Below are positions 38,492-48,998 of a stretch of 64,000 nt of DNA, piece after piece. The stretch covers positions 96,001 through 160,000 of the forward strand of contig JABLTJ010000003.1 in assembly GCA_013166775.1 (NCBI GenBank). The letters run 5' to 3'. The position numbers and the translations under genes are program-made. The notes beneath the pieces are model-generated. The model worked only from the letters and a program-made list of their open reading frames with translations, did not search any database and was not told the DNA's origin. Position 1 is the first letter of the stretch. Each line of letters opens with the position of its first letter. Source of the stretch: Promethearchaeati archaeon (lineage in GTDB: Archaea; Asgardarchaeota; Heimdallarchaeia; Heimdallarchaeales; Heimdallarchaeaceae).

Positions 38492-39388
38492 TCAGTTTTT
38501 CTTCTCTTCCTTTCCTTCTATACCTAGTATGAAATCTCTGATTTTGTTAGATGTCACTCTATCATGAGTCTTATGATAATGAACTAGATTCTCGAAGGTT
38601 GAATCAGGAATCTTCTCTGCAATATCAACACTATCTTGATAAGAATGCATTTTATCAGTAGAAGCTGCAAAAATGTAAGTAGGACATTTGATTTTGGAAT
38701 AATCTATTTCTGATTTGTAGTTAAACATATGCAATGCACATTTCTTCATCCTTCTGGGTTTGCTAGTTGTCATATTTCTCTTATTGAGATAATATGTTCC
38801 TGCATCATTTTTCATATCAGTTCTGAAATGCTTTAGAACCATTAAAAGAAAAGGCAGAAGAGGATAATAAAGCCAATGAGGAGCTACACTAAACAATTTT
38901 TTCATCCATCCTGAAAATGCAAAACTCTTTACTGGACTTATTAATACTAATCCCTTAGGTGTTGGATAACCCTTATCTAAATAAGTCACAGCCATCTCAC
39001 TTCCAAAACTGTCTCCAAAAAGATAATACTCATCTAAATTATAATATTGAGTAATCTTGTAAATATCATCTGCATAGGTTTCCATTGAGAAATCTACATT
39101 TCTCTTTGAGTGTATTGCTGAACTTTTCTCTCTTGACTCAATATGATATACTGTACCTACCTCTGATAACTGCTTATCTAAATCGATCCATCCAATGAAA
39201 TGAGAAACAAGACCAGCTACAACTAGGATTTTTATTTTCGAATCCTTATTCTTACAGGATATTTTGAAAACTCTGAGTTTAACTCTCTCCTCAACTTCTA
39301 CATAATCAAGCTTAAGCCATGGAAATTCTCTATAATCTATTTTCCTCTTTGAGGATGTTGGAAGTTTTTCCAGAGGCATATCTCGCAT
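38492..39388 (-). CDS. Alpha/beta hydrolase
   Basis: GDSFG nucleophile elbow, downstream D and H candidates. Confidence 0.8.
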   Translation of the reverse strand: MRDMPLEKLPTSSKRKIDYREFPWLKLDYVEVEERVKLRVFKISCKNKDSKIKILVVAGLVSHFIGWIDLDKQLSEVGTVYHIESREKSSAIHSKRNVDFSMETYADDIYKITQYYNLDEYYLFGDSFGSEMAVTYLDKGYPTPKGLVLISPVKSFAFSGWMKKLFSVAPHWLYYPLLPFLLMVLKHFRTDMKNDAGTYYLNKRNMTTSKPRRMKKCALHMFNYKSEIDYSKIKCPTYIFAASTDKMHSYQDSVDIAEKIPDSTFENLVHYHKTHDRVTSNKIRDFILGIEGKEEKKN

Positions 39389-39456
39389 ATGAATTTAAAT
39401 GGAGCTGTACTCTTTTTTTAAGTTTTTTATAAATGAGTTGAATTGTTTAATCTAGA

Positions 39457-40701
39457 TCAATTTTTTCCTGATCTTAGCTCTTTTGTAGATAGAATTAGGA
39501 GAGGGATTATAGCTAAAAATCTTGCAGCTGCGATTATTAACATGTAAATTTTCATTATATACAAAAAATCATAAGTTTCTAGTAGATTCCCAAATATTGC
39601 TCCACTAATAAAAGAACCTGCAAAAGTGATGATTCCTGTGAACAAATTATAGATTCCCGTATATGTTCCTCTCATTTCTGATCCTGATATATGAAGTAAC
39701 TCTGAATTTAAAGCAACCATAAAAAATCCGTTCCCAATTCCACCAAATATATTTGCGATAAGAATAATATACCATGAGTAAGTGAAAGCTAATATCACTG
39801 GAACAAAGCACAAAATAATGAAACCCAACGCTGTAGTAAATTTCCTGCCTATTTTGTCAGCGAATTTTCCGCAAATCAATTGACCAACTGCGATAAATCC
39901 AGAAAAAACTGCTGAATATACAGCAACCTGCCATGTAGTTGGAGAAACACTGTCCATTATAAAAGGGGAAATAGGCCATAGGAAACTCATTACAAACCAC
40001 CAAAGCGCAGTTGATCCCAGAAACACTAGAAATGATTTTTCTTTCAAAGGGAAGAATTGAGAAATTTTCTTTTTCTCTTTTCCTTCTTTAAAATTAGTTT
40101 CTTTTATTAATAAAACAAGGATAGATGCAATAGCAAAGAAAAAAGAACCAATTAATATCATAGTTCTATATTTACTGAGCAATTCTCCCTGTAATCTATC
40201 TGTTAGAAATCCGAGTATCAACAGAATGGTTGAGGAACCTAAAGTTGCGATTATACCTAGTTGACTTATAAAACGTGTTCTAGTTTCCTCTGTACTCATA
40301 TCTCCCAGTAAAGCATTCCACGTTGGAATAATCATACTTAGACCGATCGAATACAGAGCAATAATAATCATGAAGATTAATGGATTAACTAATCGTGAAA
40401 GCACTATCGTGGTGATTGTAGCTATTACAAATCCCATAATCAACACTATTCTTCTGCCTATTTTATCAGACAAACGACCAAAGAATCCTTGAAGTAAAGC
40501 TGACCCCAGATTTTGGATAGCTGTTATGAAAGACATCTGGATTGTAGATGCTCCTATACCAACTGCAAGCAAAATCCCATAATTATAATAAAGTTGCTGA
40601 CCTCCACTGCTTCCTATGGCTATTGCTTTAGCAAAAAGTGTCTGCTTTTTAGAGGCCTGTGCTTCTAATACATTTTCTTTGTTTGATTTCACGATTTCCA
40701 T
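39457..40701 (-). CDS. MFS transporter
   Basis: GRLSDKIGRR and GKFADKIGRK motif A in both halves; about 12 TM. Confidence 0.92.
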   Translation of the reverse strand: MEIVKSNKENVLEAQASKKQTLFAKAIAIGSSGGQQLYYNYGILLAVGIGASTIQMSFITAIQNLGSALLQGFFGRLSDKIGRRIVLIMGFVIATITTIVLSRLVNPLIFMIIIALYSIGLSMIIPTWNALLGDMSTEETRTRFISQLGIIATLGSSTILLILGFLTDRLQGELLSKYRTMILIGSFFFAIASILVLLIKETNFKEGKEKKKISQFFPLKEKSFLVFLGSTALWWFVMSFLWPISPFIMDSVSPTTWQVAVYSAVFSGFIAVGQLICGKFADKIGRKFTTALGFIILCFVPVILAFTYSWYIILIANIFGGIGNGFFMVALNSELLHISGSEMRGTYTGIYNLFTGIITFAGSFISGAIFGNLLETYDFLYIMKIYMLIIAAARFLAIIPLLILSTKELRSGKN

Positions 40702-40895
40702 TTCTGGAGTTTATAACAAATAATAAAGTCTTTGCATACATGATGAAGAGGGAGTGTATATTGAATGAAGTATTAATAATTGTTGAAATCTTAAAAAACC
40801 TTTAATATTTCCGTAAAATACAGTGCATACAGAAACTTTAAAAATGTAAATTCATCTCGAATGAACAAATAATAAGGTTACTTGAGGTTATATAG

Positions 40896-43544
40896 ATGAA
40901 GGCAGCGAAAAAAGGACAAAATCTTTTCATTGTGACTTTTATCATAATATTATTTTCAGTTGGATTTTTCAGGGGAACCGCTCATAATTTTATAAAAATG
41001 CAACCCCCTATTGATGGTCTATGGGATATTACAGGTCAAGAGCTAATTGATTATGACGTTATTTTAAATGGTTCAGTTAATATTCAAGCAAGCGGAGAAC
41101 TAACAATAATTAATGCTAACGTTTTATTTGATTCAAATAGTACTCATTCTCTTACAATTGACGTCTATGGATCACTAATTATCGAAAATAGTAATATTTC
41201 AGTTACAAATCTGAATTATAATTTTACAATTTCTGGCAAAGCAAGTTCAATAATCTCTATTACAGGTAGTATGTTGGATAACGTACGTTTTTCTTTGCTT
41301 ATCTGTGATTTTACATTAGAAGGCAGTACTGTAAACAATTTAATGTCATTTAATGCATTTTATCTGGATGCATTTATTTTAACAGATTCAATATTTCAGA
41401 ATTCTCCAACAGGTATTAATTTAGTTGATTGTGGTTATGCAACTTTAACTAGTAATGATTTTCTAAGCATTGAATTTGGAATTAATATTGTTACTGCTGA
41501 TAATGCCACATTCACTGATAACCTATTTCAAGATATACCTACAGTAGGTATTTACGTAGAATCTGTGGGAGTAATCTATGCAATAAATAATGATTTTGTA
41601 AATGTGACAACAGGCATTCATGTTAGTGAAAGTGAAGCACAAATTATATCCAACAGGTTTGAACAAAATGATATAGCTGTTCTTCTTGATAATGCTGATT
41701 TTAGCACAATTAGTTTAAACAACTTTACAAATATCCATGATATAGGATTAGAAGCATCGTTTGTAAGAGAACCAACTATTGCTGGTAATCGATTTGTTGA
41801 TTCTCCAACTGGTATAGACCTAATGGGTTCTATTGATCCTTATGTATACGGTAATATTTTTGACAACATTGAAAACGCTTTCGTAGCAATTGATTGTGAT
41901 AGAACTACATTAGAAAATAATGATTTTATGAATATTATAAGCATAGGTGTTGAAATAACAGACAGCTGGGATGTAGTTATTTTAGAAAATGAGTTTGTTA
42001 ATGCAACTGTAGCTATTAATATTATTACAGGAAGAAGAAATCTAATACAAGGAAATAATTTCTTGCAAGTTGCAGAAGGTATAGGCGTTATCTCCTCAAG
42101 GGAAATTGAAATCCTCGGAAATATTATTGAGGAAACAGTAACAGGAATATATCTTGAGCAGACACAAGAAGCTATCGTTACAGCAAATGGAGCAATAAAA
42201 GCTACTTATGGAATATCACTTTGGTCTGTTAGTGATGTTACTCTTGCAAGCAATGGTGTATTCGATTCTATATATGGATTCTCTATCTGGTTTTCTGAAG
42301 GAGTAAGATTACTTGGAAATGAAGTCAATACTTCTGATATTGGTATAATAGCAAGAAGCTGTAATAGGCTCCAAATAAGAGATGGGAGCTTGAAAGCTTT
42401 GGATATAGGTATTCAACTAATCGAAACTACCAATCCTCGTATTTCTGGAAATACTTTTGATGAAATACTTGGTGAAGCTATTGTATTAAAATACAGCAAT
42501 GATTTTTCAGTCTACCAAAATAATTTCAAAGATGTTGGATCTTATGCTGATATAATTGACTGTTTAGGCACTTTCTATAAAGTGGTTGATAATGAAACAG
42601 CTTATGGCAATTACTATAATGAAGTCGTAACGGGTCCTGTCTATATTGATACTGTAGGTATCATCGAAATATACGATGAATATCCATTAGATTTAGCATA
42701 TGTAGTCAAACCAACAATTGAGTTTGTTTCTAGAGATAATGCTATTCCAACTGATATTGATGATGTTACAGTTGAAACACAAATTTTCGTTCCAACAGGA
42801 GTAGCTATTACTGTTTATCTTGAGTATATAGCTAATTATGAAGATGATTGGACAGCCATAGATATCACACCTTCTGAAGATCCAGTTGGTCAGATTGGAG
42901 CAATAAATAGATATTCAGGAATTATCCCTGCTTATCCTTACGATTACACAATCATCTATAGAGTAAAAGTTCAATATTCAGAGCAAAGTGTAACTGCAGA
43001 TATTATAACAGAAAACAGCACTTATACAATAATTGAATCACTTGAAACACCAATAATCATTGGAGATCCAGACGTTTTAATTGAAGTTGAAGATGAAGAG
43101 GGGCTTGTAAATACTATCGCAACTAGTAGTTTCTATCAAGATGAGATATATATTATTTCTGTTTTCATCATAAATAGAACTGACATAGGAAGACTAGCAG
43201 GATTTAGACATGTCAATTTAACATGGACAGAAATTAACACATTAACTAATGAAACAGAAAGCGCAACAGCAATTATGTATTACAATGAAACTGCTAATGA
43301 TAATATCTATTCTTTTGCATTTGAACAAGGTTATGATGCTGGAATTCTGATAGATTTCTACATCTCCGTAGTTGATTCCAATGGAACATTGTACAGATCT
43401 GTTGGTAATATTACAATGACAATTAATGTCCCTCCTGGTGAAACAGGTTTTGATACGATAACACTTCTGAGTATCGGAGCTACACTGTTGATTGTTCAAG
43501 CTTTAGTTATTATTAGAAGAAGACGAAAAAGAAAAGAGGAATAA
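40896..43544 (+). CDS. Right-handed beta-helix (NosD/PbH1 repeat) surface glycoprotein with a C-terminal TM + basic tail
   Basis: Repeated GI.l......i..N.F units; many NxS/T; ends TLLSIGATLLIVQALVIIRRRRKRK. Confidence 0.85.
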   Translation: MKAAKKGQNLFIVTFIIILFSVGFFRGTAHNFIKMQPPIDGLWDITGQELIDYDVILNGSVNIQASGELTIINANVLFDSNSTHSLTIDVYGSLIIENSNISVTNLNYNFTISGKASSIISITGSMLDNVRFSLLICDFTLEGSTVNNLMSFNAFYLDAFILTDSIFQNSPTGINLVDCGYATLTSNDFLSIEFGINIVTADNATFTDNLFQDIPTVGIYVESVGVIYAINNDFVNVTTGIHVSESEAQIISNRFEQNDIAVLLDNADFSTISLNNFTNIHDIGLEASFVREPTIAGNRFVDSPTGIDLMGSIDPYVYGNIFDNIENAFVAIDCDRTTLENNDFMNIISIGVEITDSWDVVILENEFVNATVAINIITGRRNLIQGNNFLQVAEGIGVISSREIEILGNIIEETVTGIYLEQTQEAIVTANGAIKATYGISLWSVSDVTLASNGVFDSIYGFSIWFSEGVRLLGNEVNTSDIGIIARSCNRLQIRDGSLKALDIGIQLIETTNPRISGNTFDEILGEAIVLKYSNDFSVYQNNFKDVGSYADIIDCLGTFYKVVDNETAYGNYYNEVVTGPVYIDTVGIIEIYDEYPLDLAYVVKPTIEFVSRDNAIPTDIDDVTVETQIFVPTGVAITVYLEYIANYEDDWTAIDITPSEDPVGQIGAINRYSGIIPAYPYDYTIIYRVKVQYSEQSVTADIITENSTYTIIESLETPIIIGDPDVLIEVEDEEGLVNTIATSSFYQDEIYIISVFIINRTDIGRLAGFRHVNLTWTEINTLTNETESATAIMYYNETANDNIYSFAFEQGYDAGILIDFYISVVDSNGTLYRSVGNITMTINVPPGETGFDTITLLSIGATLLIVQALVIIRRRRKRKEE

Positions 43545-43657
43545 AAAACTCCTCTACTTTATTTCTTTAGTTTTTGTTTAAAGCTTATAAATATCTAATT
43601 TCACTTGATTCCTTGCTGGCATAACAAACTAAATAAATACTTATTTTTCACTAGAGA

Positions 43658-44404
43658 TTGAAGAAAATGCATGGGATACCCAAAGGAAAAAGGAAAGTAC
43701 TTAACAGAGAAAATTTGGTACAGCAAGTAGTTTTTGGCGTAATAATTTTTGGATGCTTTATTTATGCATTCTTCTTCTCTGAAAGTAAAGTATTGAAATT
43801 TCTTACTGCAATAGCTGTTGGTGGTGTGGGAGTAATGCTAGTTATATATTATGTTCTGGAATTCATGTCAGGAAAAGGTTCTGGAATTGCAGCAGCTATG
43901 AATGAGTTAATTTATTTAGTATTAGGTATTCCTCTTATGGTAATCGCAGCTGGTTATTTACCAGTTAGTATCTATTTATCATTCTTTAGCAGAGGAAGTT
44001 CTCAAGCTATCAAAATAGGATTATATATTGGTGTAGGAGTATTAGAAATTCTTTCAATATCTTATCTAATAATTAGACACCTTAGAGATAAAAACATGAA
44101 TCTATTCCAATATCTCAAATATCTCTTTGATTTTGAAAGACGAACTGATGAAGTTAAAAAAATCAAAGAACGTAGAGATCAAATTGATACTTTCTATGAT
44201 GATTTACACAAGGTAGAACAAAAAATAGCAACTAAATTAGAAGAAAAATCTTCTGGCTTTGATCAATTTGATTGGAAAGAAAGAGTGGGTCAAATAGGAG
44301 CTAAAACAATTCAAAGCAAGAAATGTTGGAACTGCCAAGCTACAAATGATGATGATGCTTTATTCTGTGAAAATTGCCAAGCTCCTCTTGAAGGTAAAAA
44401 TTAG
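43658..44404 (+). CDS. Membrane protein with a C-terminal zinc ribbon
   Basis: About 4 TM, then CWNC...CENC. Confidence 0.75.
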   Translation: MKKMHGIPKGKRKVLNRENLVQQVVFGVIIFGCFIYAFFFSESKVLKFLTAIAVGGVGVMLVIYYVLEFMSGKGSGIAAAMNELIYLVLGIPLMVIAAGYLPVSIYLSFFSRGSSQAIKIGLYIGVGVLEILSISYLIIRHLRDKNMNLFQYLKYLFDFERRTDEVKKIKERRDQIDTFYDDLHKVEQKIATKLEEKSSGFDQFDWKERVGQIGAKTIQSKKCWNCQATNDDDALFCENCQAPLEGKN

Positions 44405-44465
44405 GGATTTTTTCTACCTAATTATCCTACTAGACTGAAGATATCAATACTCTTATGGCGATGAA

Positions 44466-45119
44466 ATGAAAAAAAACTCTGCTAATCCCCTGCTAATTAT
44501 TTTCGATTTTGATGGCGTTCTTGCAGATTCAAAAAGTGCCTATACAATCCAAATGCAAAGAACTTTAGAAATGTTTGCTAACAAAGAAATCTCAGCAAAA
44601 GAAATAAGATCTCGAGTAGGAAATACGGACCAAAGAGACGATTTTATTGAATTTTTAGGGACTAGTGATTCTAAGATAATAGAATCAGCTATCGAAATTT
44701 ATGTCGAGTTCACAGAAGAGTACGCGTATATGAGAAATTTATATCCAGGAGTGAGAGAAGTTTTAGAAAAACTCCATAAAGACCATTTTACTGGGATTGT
44801 TTCTAGAAAATCCCAAAAACGAATGGAATATTGGTTAAAGCATTTCAAAATCACTCACTTGTTCGATATAACGATTGGAACATTAGAGAGAACCAAAACA
44901 CCTGCGATTCTAAAGATAATGAATCAGCTAGAGATGGAAAAGAACAGGACAATAATGGTCGGGGACACTGAGTTTGATATTCAAAGCGCTAAAGATGCAG
45001 AAGTTCATTCAATATTAGCTTTATATGGGGCTTCTGAACCTGAAAAGGTTCTAAAACTTAATCCAGACTATACAATATCACATATCACTGAAGTCCTCAA
45101 CGTCACAAACGAATTCTAA
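44466..45119 (+). CDS. HAD-family phosphatase (Gph/PpaX-like)
   Basis: FDFDGVLAD motif I, K motif III, VGDTEFDI motif IV. Confidence 0.9.
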   Translation: MKKNSANPLLIIFDFDGVLADSKSAYTIQMQRTLEMFANKEISAKEIRSRVGNTDQRDDFIEFLGTSDSKIIESAIEIYVEFTEEYAYMRNLYPGVREVLEKLHKDHFTGIVSRKSQKRMEYWLKHFKITHLFDITIGTLERTKTPAILKIMNQLEMEKNRTIMVGDTEFDIQSAKDAEVHSILALYGASEPEKVLKLNPDYTISHITEVLNVTNEF

Positions 45120-45179
45120 TCTCAGTCTTAATCTTTTATTCTTCCACAAATTTATATAGAATCAATATTCAAAATAGAT

Positions 45180-45992
45180 ATGAAAGTAGGATTTCTTCAA
45201 TTTCAACCTATTTTAGGGGATGTAGAAGAGAATATTGATAAAATTTCTAGAATAATTAGAACCACTGATTCTTTTGATTTGATAGTTATTCCGGAATTAG
45301 CTAATTCTGGTTATATTTTCGCTGATAGAAAGGAGTTGGAGAATATCTCTGAAGAAATCCCTTCTGGTTTCTTTGTAAACAAGTTAATCGAGTTAGCTAA
45401 AGAAAAAGATGGTTACATTGTGAGTGGAATTTGTGAGAAAAAGGGAGATCTTTTCTTCAATTCATCTGTTTTACTTGGACCAGAAGGCTATGTCTCTAAA
45501 TATAGAAAAATCCATCTTTTCGATAGAGAGAAACTCTTCTTCGAGCCAGGAGATGGTCCTTTCAAAGTATATGATGTAAGAGGAATGAAAGTGGGATTGC
45601 TAATATGTTGGGATTGGATTTTTCCAGAAGCTACAAGAAGTTTAGCAATTCAGGGAATGGATGTTTTAGCTCATTCAGTGAATCTTGTTCTTTCTTTCTG
45701 TCAAAATGCAATGAGTACACGTTCAATCGAAAATCAAATCTATGCAATTACATCAAATAGAATAGGTAAGGAAACCAATCAAGAGTTCAAACTACATTTT
45801 AAGGGAAACAGTCAGGTTACATCTCCTGATGGGAAAAGGTTGGTTCAAGCAAGTACTGATAAAGAAGAATCACATATAGTTAGCATTGATCTTGAGAAAT
45901 CTAGAAATAAATGGTTAAGTGATAGAAATCATATTTTCAAAGATAGACGTCCAAATATGTATAAACTTCTAATTGAAGAAGAAGAGTTTTAA
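45180..45992 (+). CDS. Nitrilase / carbon-nitrogen hydrolase
   Basis: PELANSGY, YRKIHLF, ICWDWIFPE (E-K-C triad). Confidence 0.92.
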   Translation: MKVGFLQFQPILGDVEENIDKISRIIRTTDSFDLIVIPELANSGYIFADRKELENISEEIPSGFFVNKLIELAKEKDGYIVSGICEKKGDLFFNSSVLLGPEGYVSKYRKIHLFDREKLFFEPGDGPFKVYDVRGMKVGLLICWDWIFPEATRSLAIQGMDVLAHSVNLVLSFCQNAMSTRSIENQIYAITSNRIGKETNQEFKLHFKGNSQVTSPDGKRLVQASTDKEESHIVSIDLEKSRNKWLSDRNHIFKDRRPNMYKLLIEEEEF

Positions 45993-46018
45993 AATTGCAA
46001 ATTCTAAGGAGCATAGAA

Positions 46019-46924
46019 ATGAAAAATACTCAAACCAGAAGAAAATCAAAAGGATATGTTCCTCACAAAGCTGCTGCTGAATTTCAACCAACGATGGATT
46101 GGTCAGTTGAAGAAGCAAAGGATCTATTCTCAGGCAAGATTTTTACTTTTGAGGTTGATAAGATATTCTATTCAGATTGTATTGAGGGTATGCAAGATCT
46201 TCCATCTGAAAGCATCAATATGGTTATAGCAGATCCACCCTTTGGTTTGAATTTTGGAGAAATGGAGACACTCTATAACAGAGATAGTGATTTGGTAGCT
46301 GAAGGATATCATGATGTAAAACTGGATAATTACACTGAATTCACAGAGAAGTGGATTTCAGAACTCCCAAGATTATTAAAACTAGATGCAGGAGTATGGA
46401 TTTTTAGTGGCTGGACAAATCTAGTAGATATTTTGAATTCTTTAAAGAGAAATAAGTTGAAACTCATTAATCACATTATTTGGAAATATCAATTTGGTGT
46501 GTTTACTAAAAGGAAATTCGTTACTAGTCATTATCACTTATTATTTGCAGTTAAAAATGAAAAAGAATACTTCTTTAATAAGATTGAACATTACCCTCAA
46601 GATGTTTGGGAAGTGAATAGGGAATATGATAGAGGTGTCGAAAAAAACGCAACTAAGCTACCCCCTGAAGTAGTTCACAAATGTTTTGATTTTGGTAGTC
46701 GGCCAGGGGATTTAGTTCTAGATCCATTTATGGGGAACGGAACAACAGCTACTGTTGCTAAAAGCTCCTTCAGACACTTCTTAGGATTCGAAGTAAACCT
46801 GAAACTACAAGATATAATTGAAAAAAATATTGCCAATGCAGAATTAGGAAGTAATTATATCCCTTATTCAGACAAACCAGACGAACTTGTAAGAAAAGCA
46901 AGAGAAAGATTCGGAAAAAAATAA
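46019..46924 (+). CDS. Orphan beta-class N6-adenine/N4-cytosine DNA methyltransferase
   Basis: IADPPF catalytic motif N-terminal to VLDPFMGNGTT SAM motif; no nuclease neighbour. Confidence 0.85.
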   Translation: MKNTQTRRKSKGYVPHKAAAEFQPTMDWSVEEAKDLFSGKIFTFEVDKIFYSDCIEGMQDLPSESINMVIADPPFGLNFGEMETLYNRDSDLVAEGYHDVKLDNYTEFTEKWISELPRLLKLDAGVWIFSGWTNLVDILNSLKRNKLKLINHIIWKYQFGVFTKRKFVTSHYHLLFAVKNEKEYFFNKIEHYPQDVWEVNREYDRGVEKNATKLPPEVVHKCFDFGSRPGDLVLDPFMGNGTTATVAKSSFRHFLGFEVNLKLQDIIEKNIANAELGSNYIPYSDKPDELVRKARERFGKK

Positions 46925-46926
46925 TT

Positions 46927-47142
46927 TTAGTCTTCTTCCAATTTAAAGCTTAGATTAACTTTGGCTCTAAAAGCCTTAACCTTATCATCTTCCAATCTTA
47001 CATCAAGCTTAACAACTTCAACTACTCGAAGATCTCGAATAGACTTTGATGCTTTGGCTACAATAGAATGAATTGCATCTTCCCAGGATGTGGGGGAAGA
47101 ACCAACTAGTTCTACAACTTTGTATACTTTTCCATCTTCCAT
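46927..47142 (-). CDS. Dodecin family flavin-binding protein
   Basis: VYKVVELVGSSPTSWEDAI...A..SIRDLR...FRAKVNLSFKLE. Confidence 0.9.
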   Translation of the reverse strand: MEDGKVYKVVELVGSSPTSWEDAIHSIVAKASKSIRDLRVVEVVKLDVRLEDDKVKAFRAKVNLSFKLEED

Positions 47143-47297
47143 TTTTATACCTCTGATAGATTTTTTTACGAATTTTGTAATTATTGATAAAATCAGTATC
47201 AGATTTATTTAAAGCTTCTTTCAAAATAATGAAAATGACTGTCTTTAGGAATTAATTTAAGTATGAAATTATATTATGTATTTCGAGGATTATAAAA

Positions 47298-47999
47298 ATG
47301 AAATCTAAAACATTGATTTACATAGTTCTTATAAACATTGGATTATTAATAGTATTTGCCGATGCTCAAGTAACTACTAGTATGCTTTTCAATGATAATG
47401 ACTCATTAGCAGGAAGTTACTGGGTAAGATACCAGTATGAGATTTCTCATTCAGATACAACAATCAGCGTTGACATAAATTCATCTGAACCCATTGACTT
47501 TGGAATCTGTGATAAAGACGAAATGGAAGATTGGCAAAACGGGGAATCTGAGCCCTCATGGTACGTTTATAGAACAAATGTTACATTAAACACAATTACT
47601 GTAACAGTAAATAGAGGTACTTATGATTTTGTACTCATCAATTGGGGAGTTTCAATCAGTTATTATGAAATAACAACTTATGAATCTTATGATCCTTCAT
47701 TTAGTTTTGGAAATAAATTGTATTCAATTATAGGAATTGGGATTACTATATTTGTTGTAATAGGAATAATTGCATTTGTTAGATCAAAAAGGAGAAGAAG
47801 AACACCTGTTCAATATCAAACTCAAGTTGGGTCTTATCAACCATTCACACAACAGCCTTCAGAATATCAACCCCCTTCAAGCGAGCAAACAGTATTTGAA
47901 GCTAAACCCAAAGGCCTTCAAATTTGCCCGAATTGTGGTGCTGATGAAGAAATATCAGCAGCATTCTGTACAAATTGTGGTGGTAAACTAGATAACTAA
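47298..47999 (+). CDS. Single-pass membrane protein with a cytoplasmic Q/P linker and zinc ribbon
   Basis: Signal peptide, TM + RSKRRRR, CPNC...CTNC. Confidence 0.78.
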   Translation: MKSKTLIYIVLINIGLLIVFADAQVTTSMLFNDNDSLAGSYWVRYQYEISHSDTTISVDINSSEPIDFGICDKDEMEDWQNGESEPSWYVYRTNVTLNTITVTVNRGTYDFVLINWGVSISYYEITTYESYDPSFSFGNKLYSIIGIGITIFVVIGIIAFVRSKRRRRTPVQYQTQVGSYQPFTQQPSEYQPPSSEQTVFEAKPKGLQICPNCGADEEISAAFCTNCGGKLDN

Positions 48000-48118
48000 G
48001 TTTCCTCTTTTCTATTTTCTTTTCTTTATCTTAAGAATTTCCTAAATGATTTTGGTCTTTAGAACTATTTTTAAAAGATACAATTTATCGAATTTTAAAG
48101 TTATACTATTATTACAAG

Positions 48119-48883
48119 GTGATAAAAATCACTTCAGAAAAAAATGAAGTCTCTTTAGTTGCAGAAATGATTAAAGAATCAGAGTATCTTGTAGTTTTTA
48201 CAGGAGCAGGTATAAGTACTGAATCAGGTTTAGCAGATTTCAGAGGAAAAAATGGTCTCTGGACAAGGAGGGATAAAGGCTTACCTCCTCCAAAATCGAA
48301 ACATTTCGATGAAGTGGAACCAAATCCTGCTCATCTAGCATTAGTTGAGCTGCAAAATCAAGGAAGAATGAAGTTTCTAATTTCGCAGAATGTTGACAAT
48401 CTTCACTTACAATCAGGAATCAAGTTAAATCAAATCTCAGAACTACACGGTAATTATAAATTAGTTAAATGCCTGAAATGTGATTCAAGATTTAGCAGAG
48501 ATGAAGTTGGTTGGATACGAGATATTCATGGAAGAGGTTCAAGAAAAGAACCTCCACAGTCAAACCAACCCATCTGTAAGAAATGCCAAGGACGTCTGAT
48601 ATCTTCCGTGGTGGATTTCAATGATCCCATGCCGGAAAAAGAAGTAGAGCTAGCAAAATACCACTCACTTGAATGTGATTTAATGATTGTAGTAGGTTCC
48701 AGTCTTTCTGTTTTTCCTGCAGCTAATTATCCAAAACTAGCTAAAGACAATGGCGCAAAACTAATTATAATCAACACAGATCCTACAAGATTAGACCACT
48801 TAGCAGATTTGCATATCAGAGAAAAAGCGGGGGAATTTCTCCTAAAGCTCATTAAAGAACTAGAAAAACGTCTTAAATCTTAA
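48119..48883 (+). CDS. NAD-dependent deacylase, sirtuin family (SIRT6/7 class IV-like)
   Basis: TGAGISTESG..DFRG..GLWT, SQNVDNLH..SG, ELHGN, CxxC..CxxC, VGSSL. Confidence 0.92.
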   Translation: MIKITSEKNEVSLVAEMIKESEYLVVFTGAGISTESGLADFRGKNGLWTRRDKGLPPPKSKHFDEVEPNPAHLALVELQNQGRMKFLISQNVDNLHLQSGIKLNQISELHGNYKLVKCLKCDSRFSRDEVGWIRDIHGRGSRKEPPQSNQPICKKCQGRLISSVVDFNDPMPEKEVELAKYHSLECDLMIVVGSSLSVFPAANYPKLAKDNGAKLIIINTDPTRLDHLADLHIREKAGEFLLKLIKELEKRLKS

Positions 48884-48998
48884 TTTCAGAAAAAAAAACT
48901 CACTTATGTAAATTTCAATGATTTTTTAATCTAGAGGAGATTCTTCATACATAGAATACCTATAATTGAATAAGATATAGAAAAAAGAGGTCTAGTAT

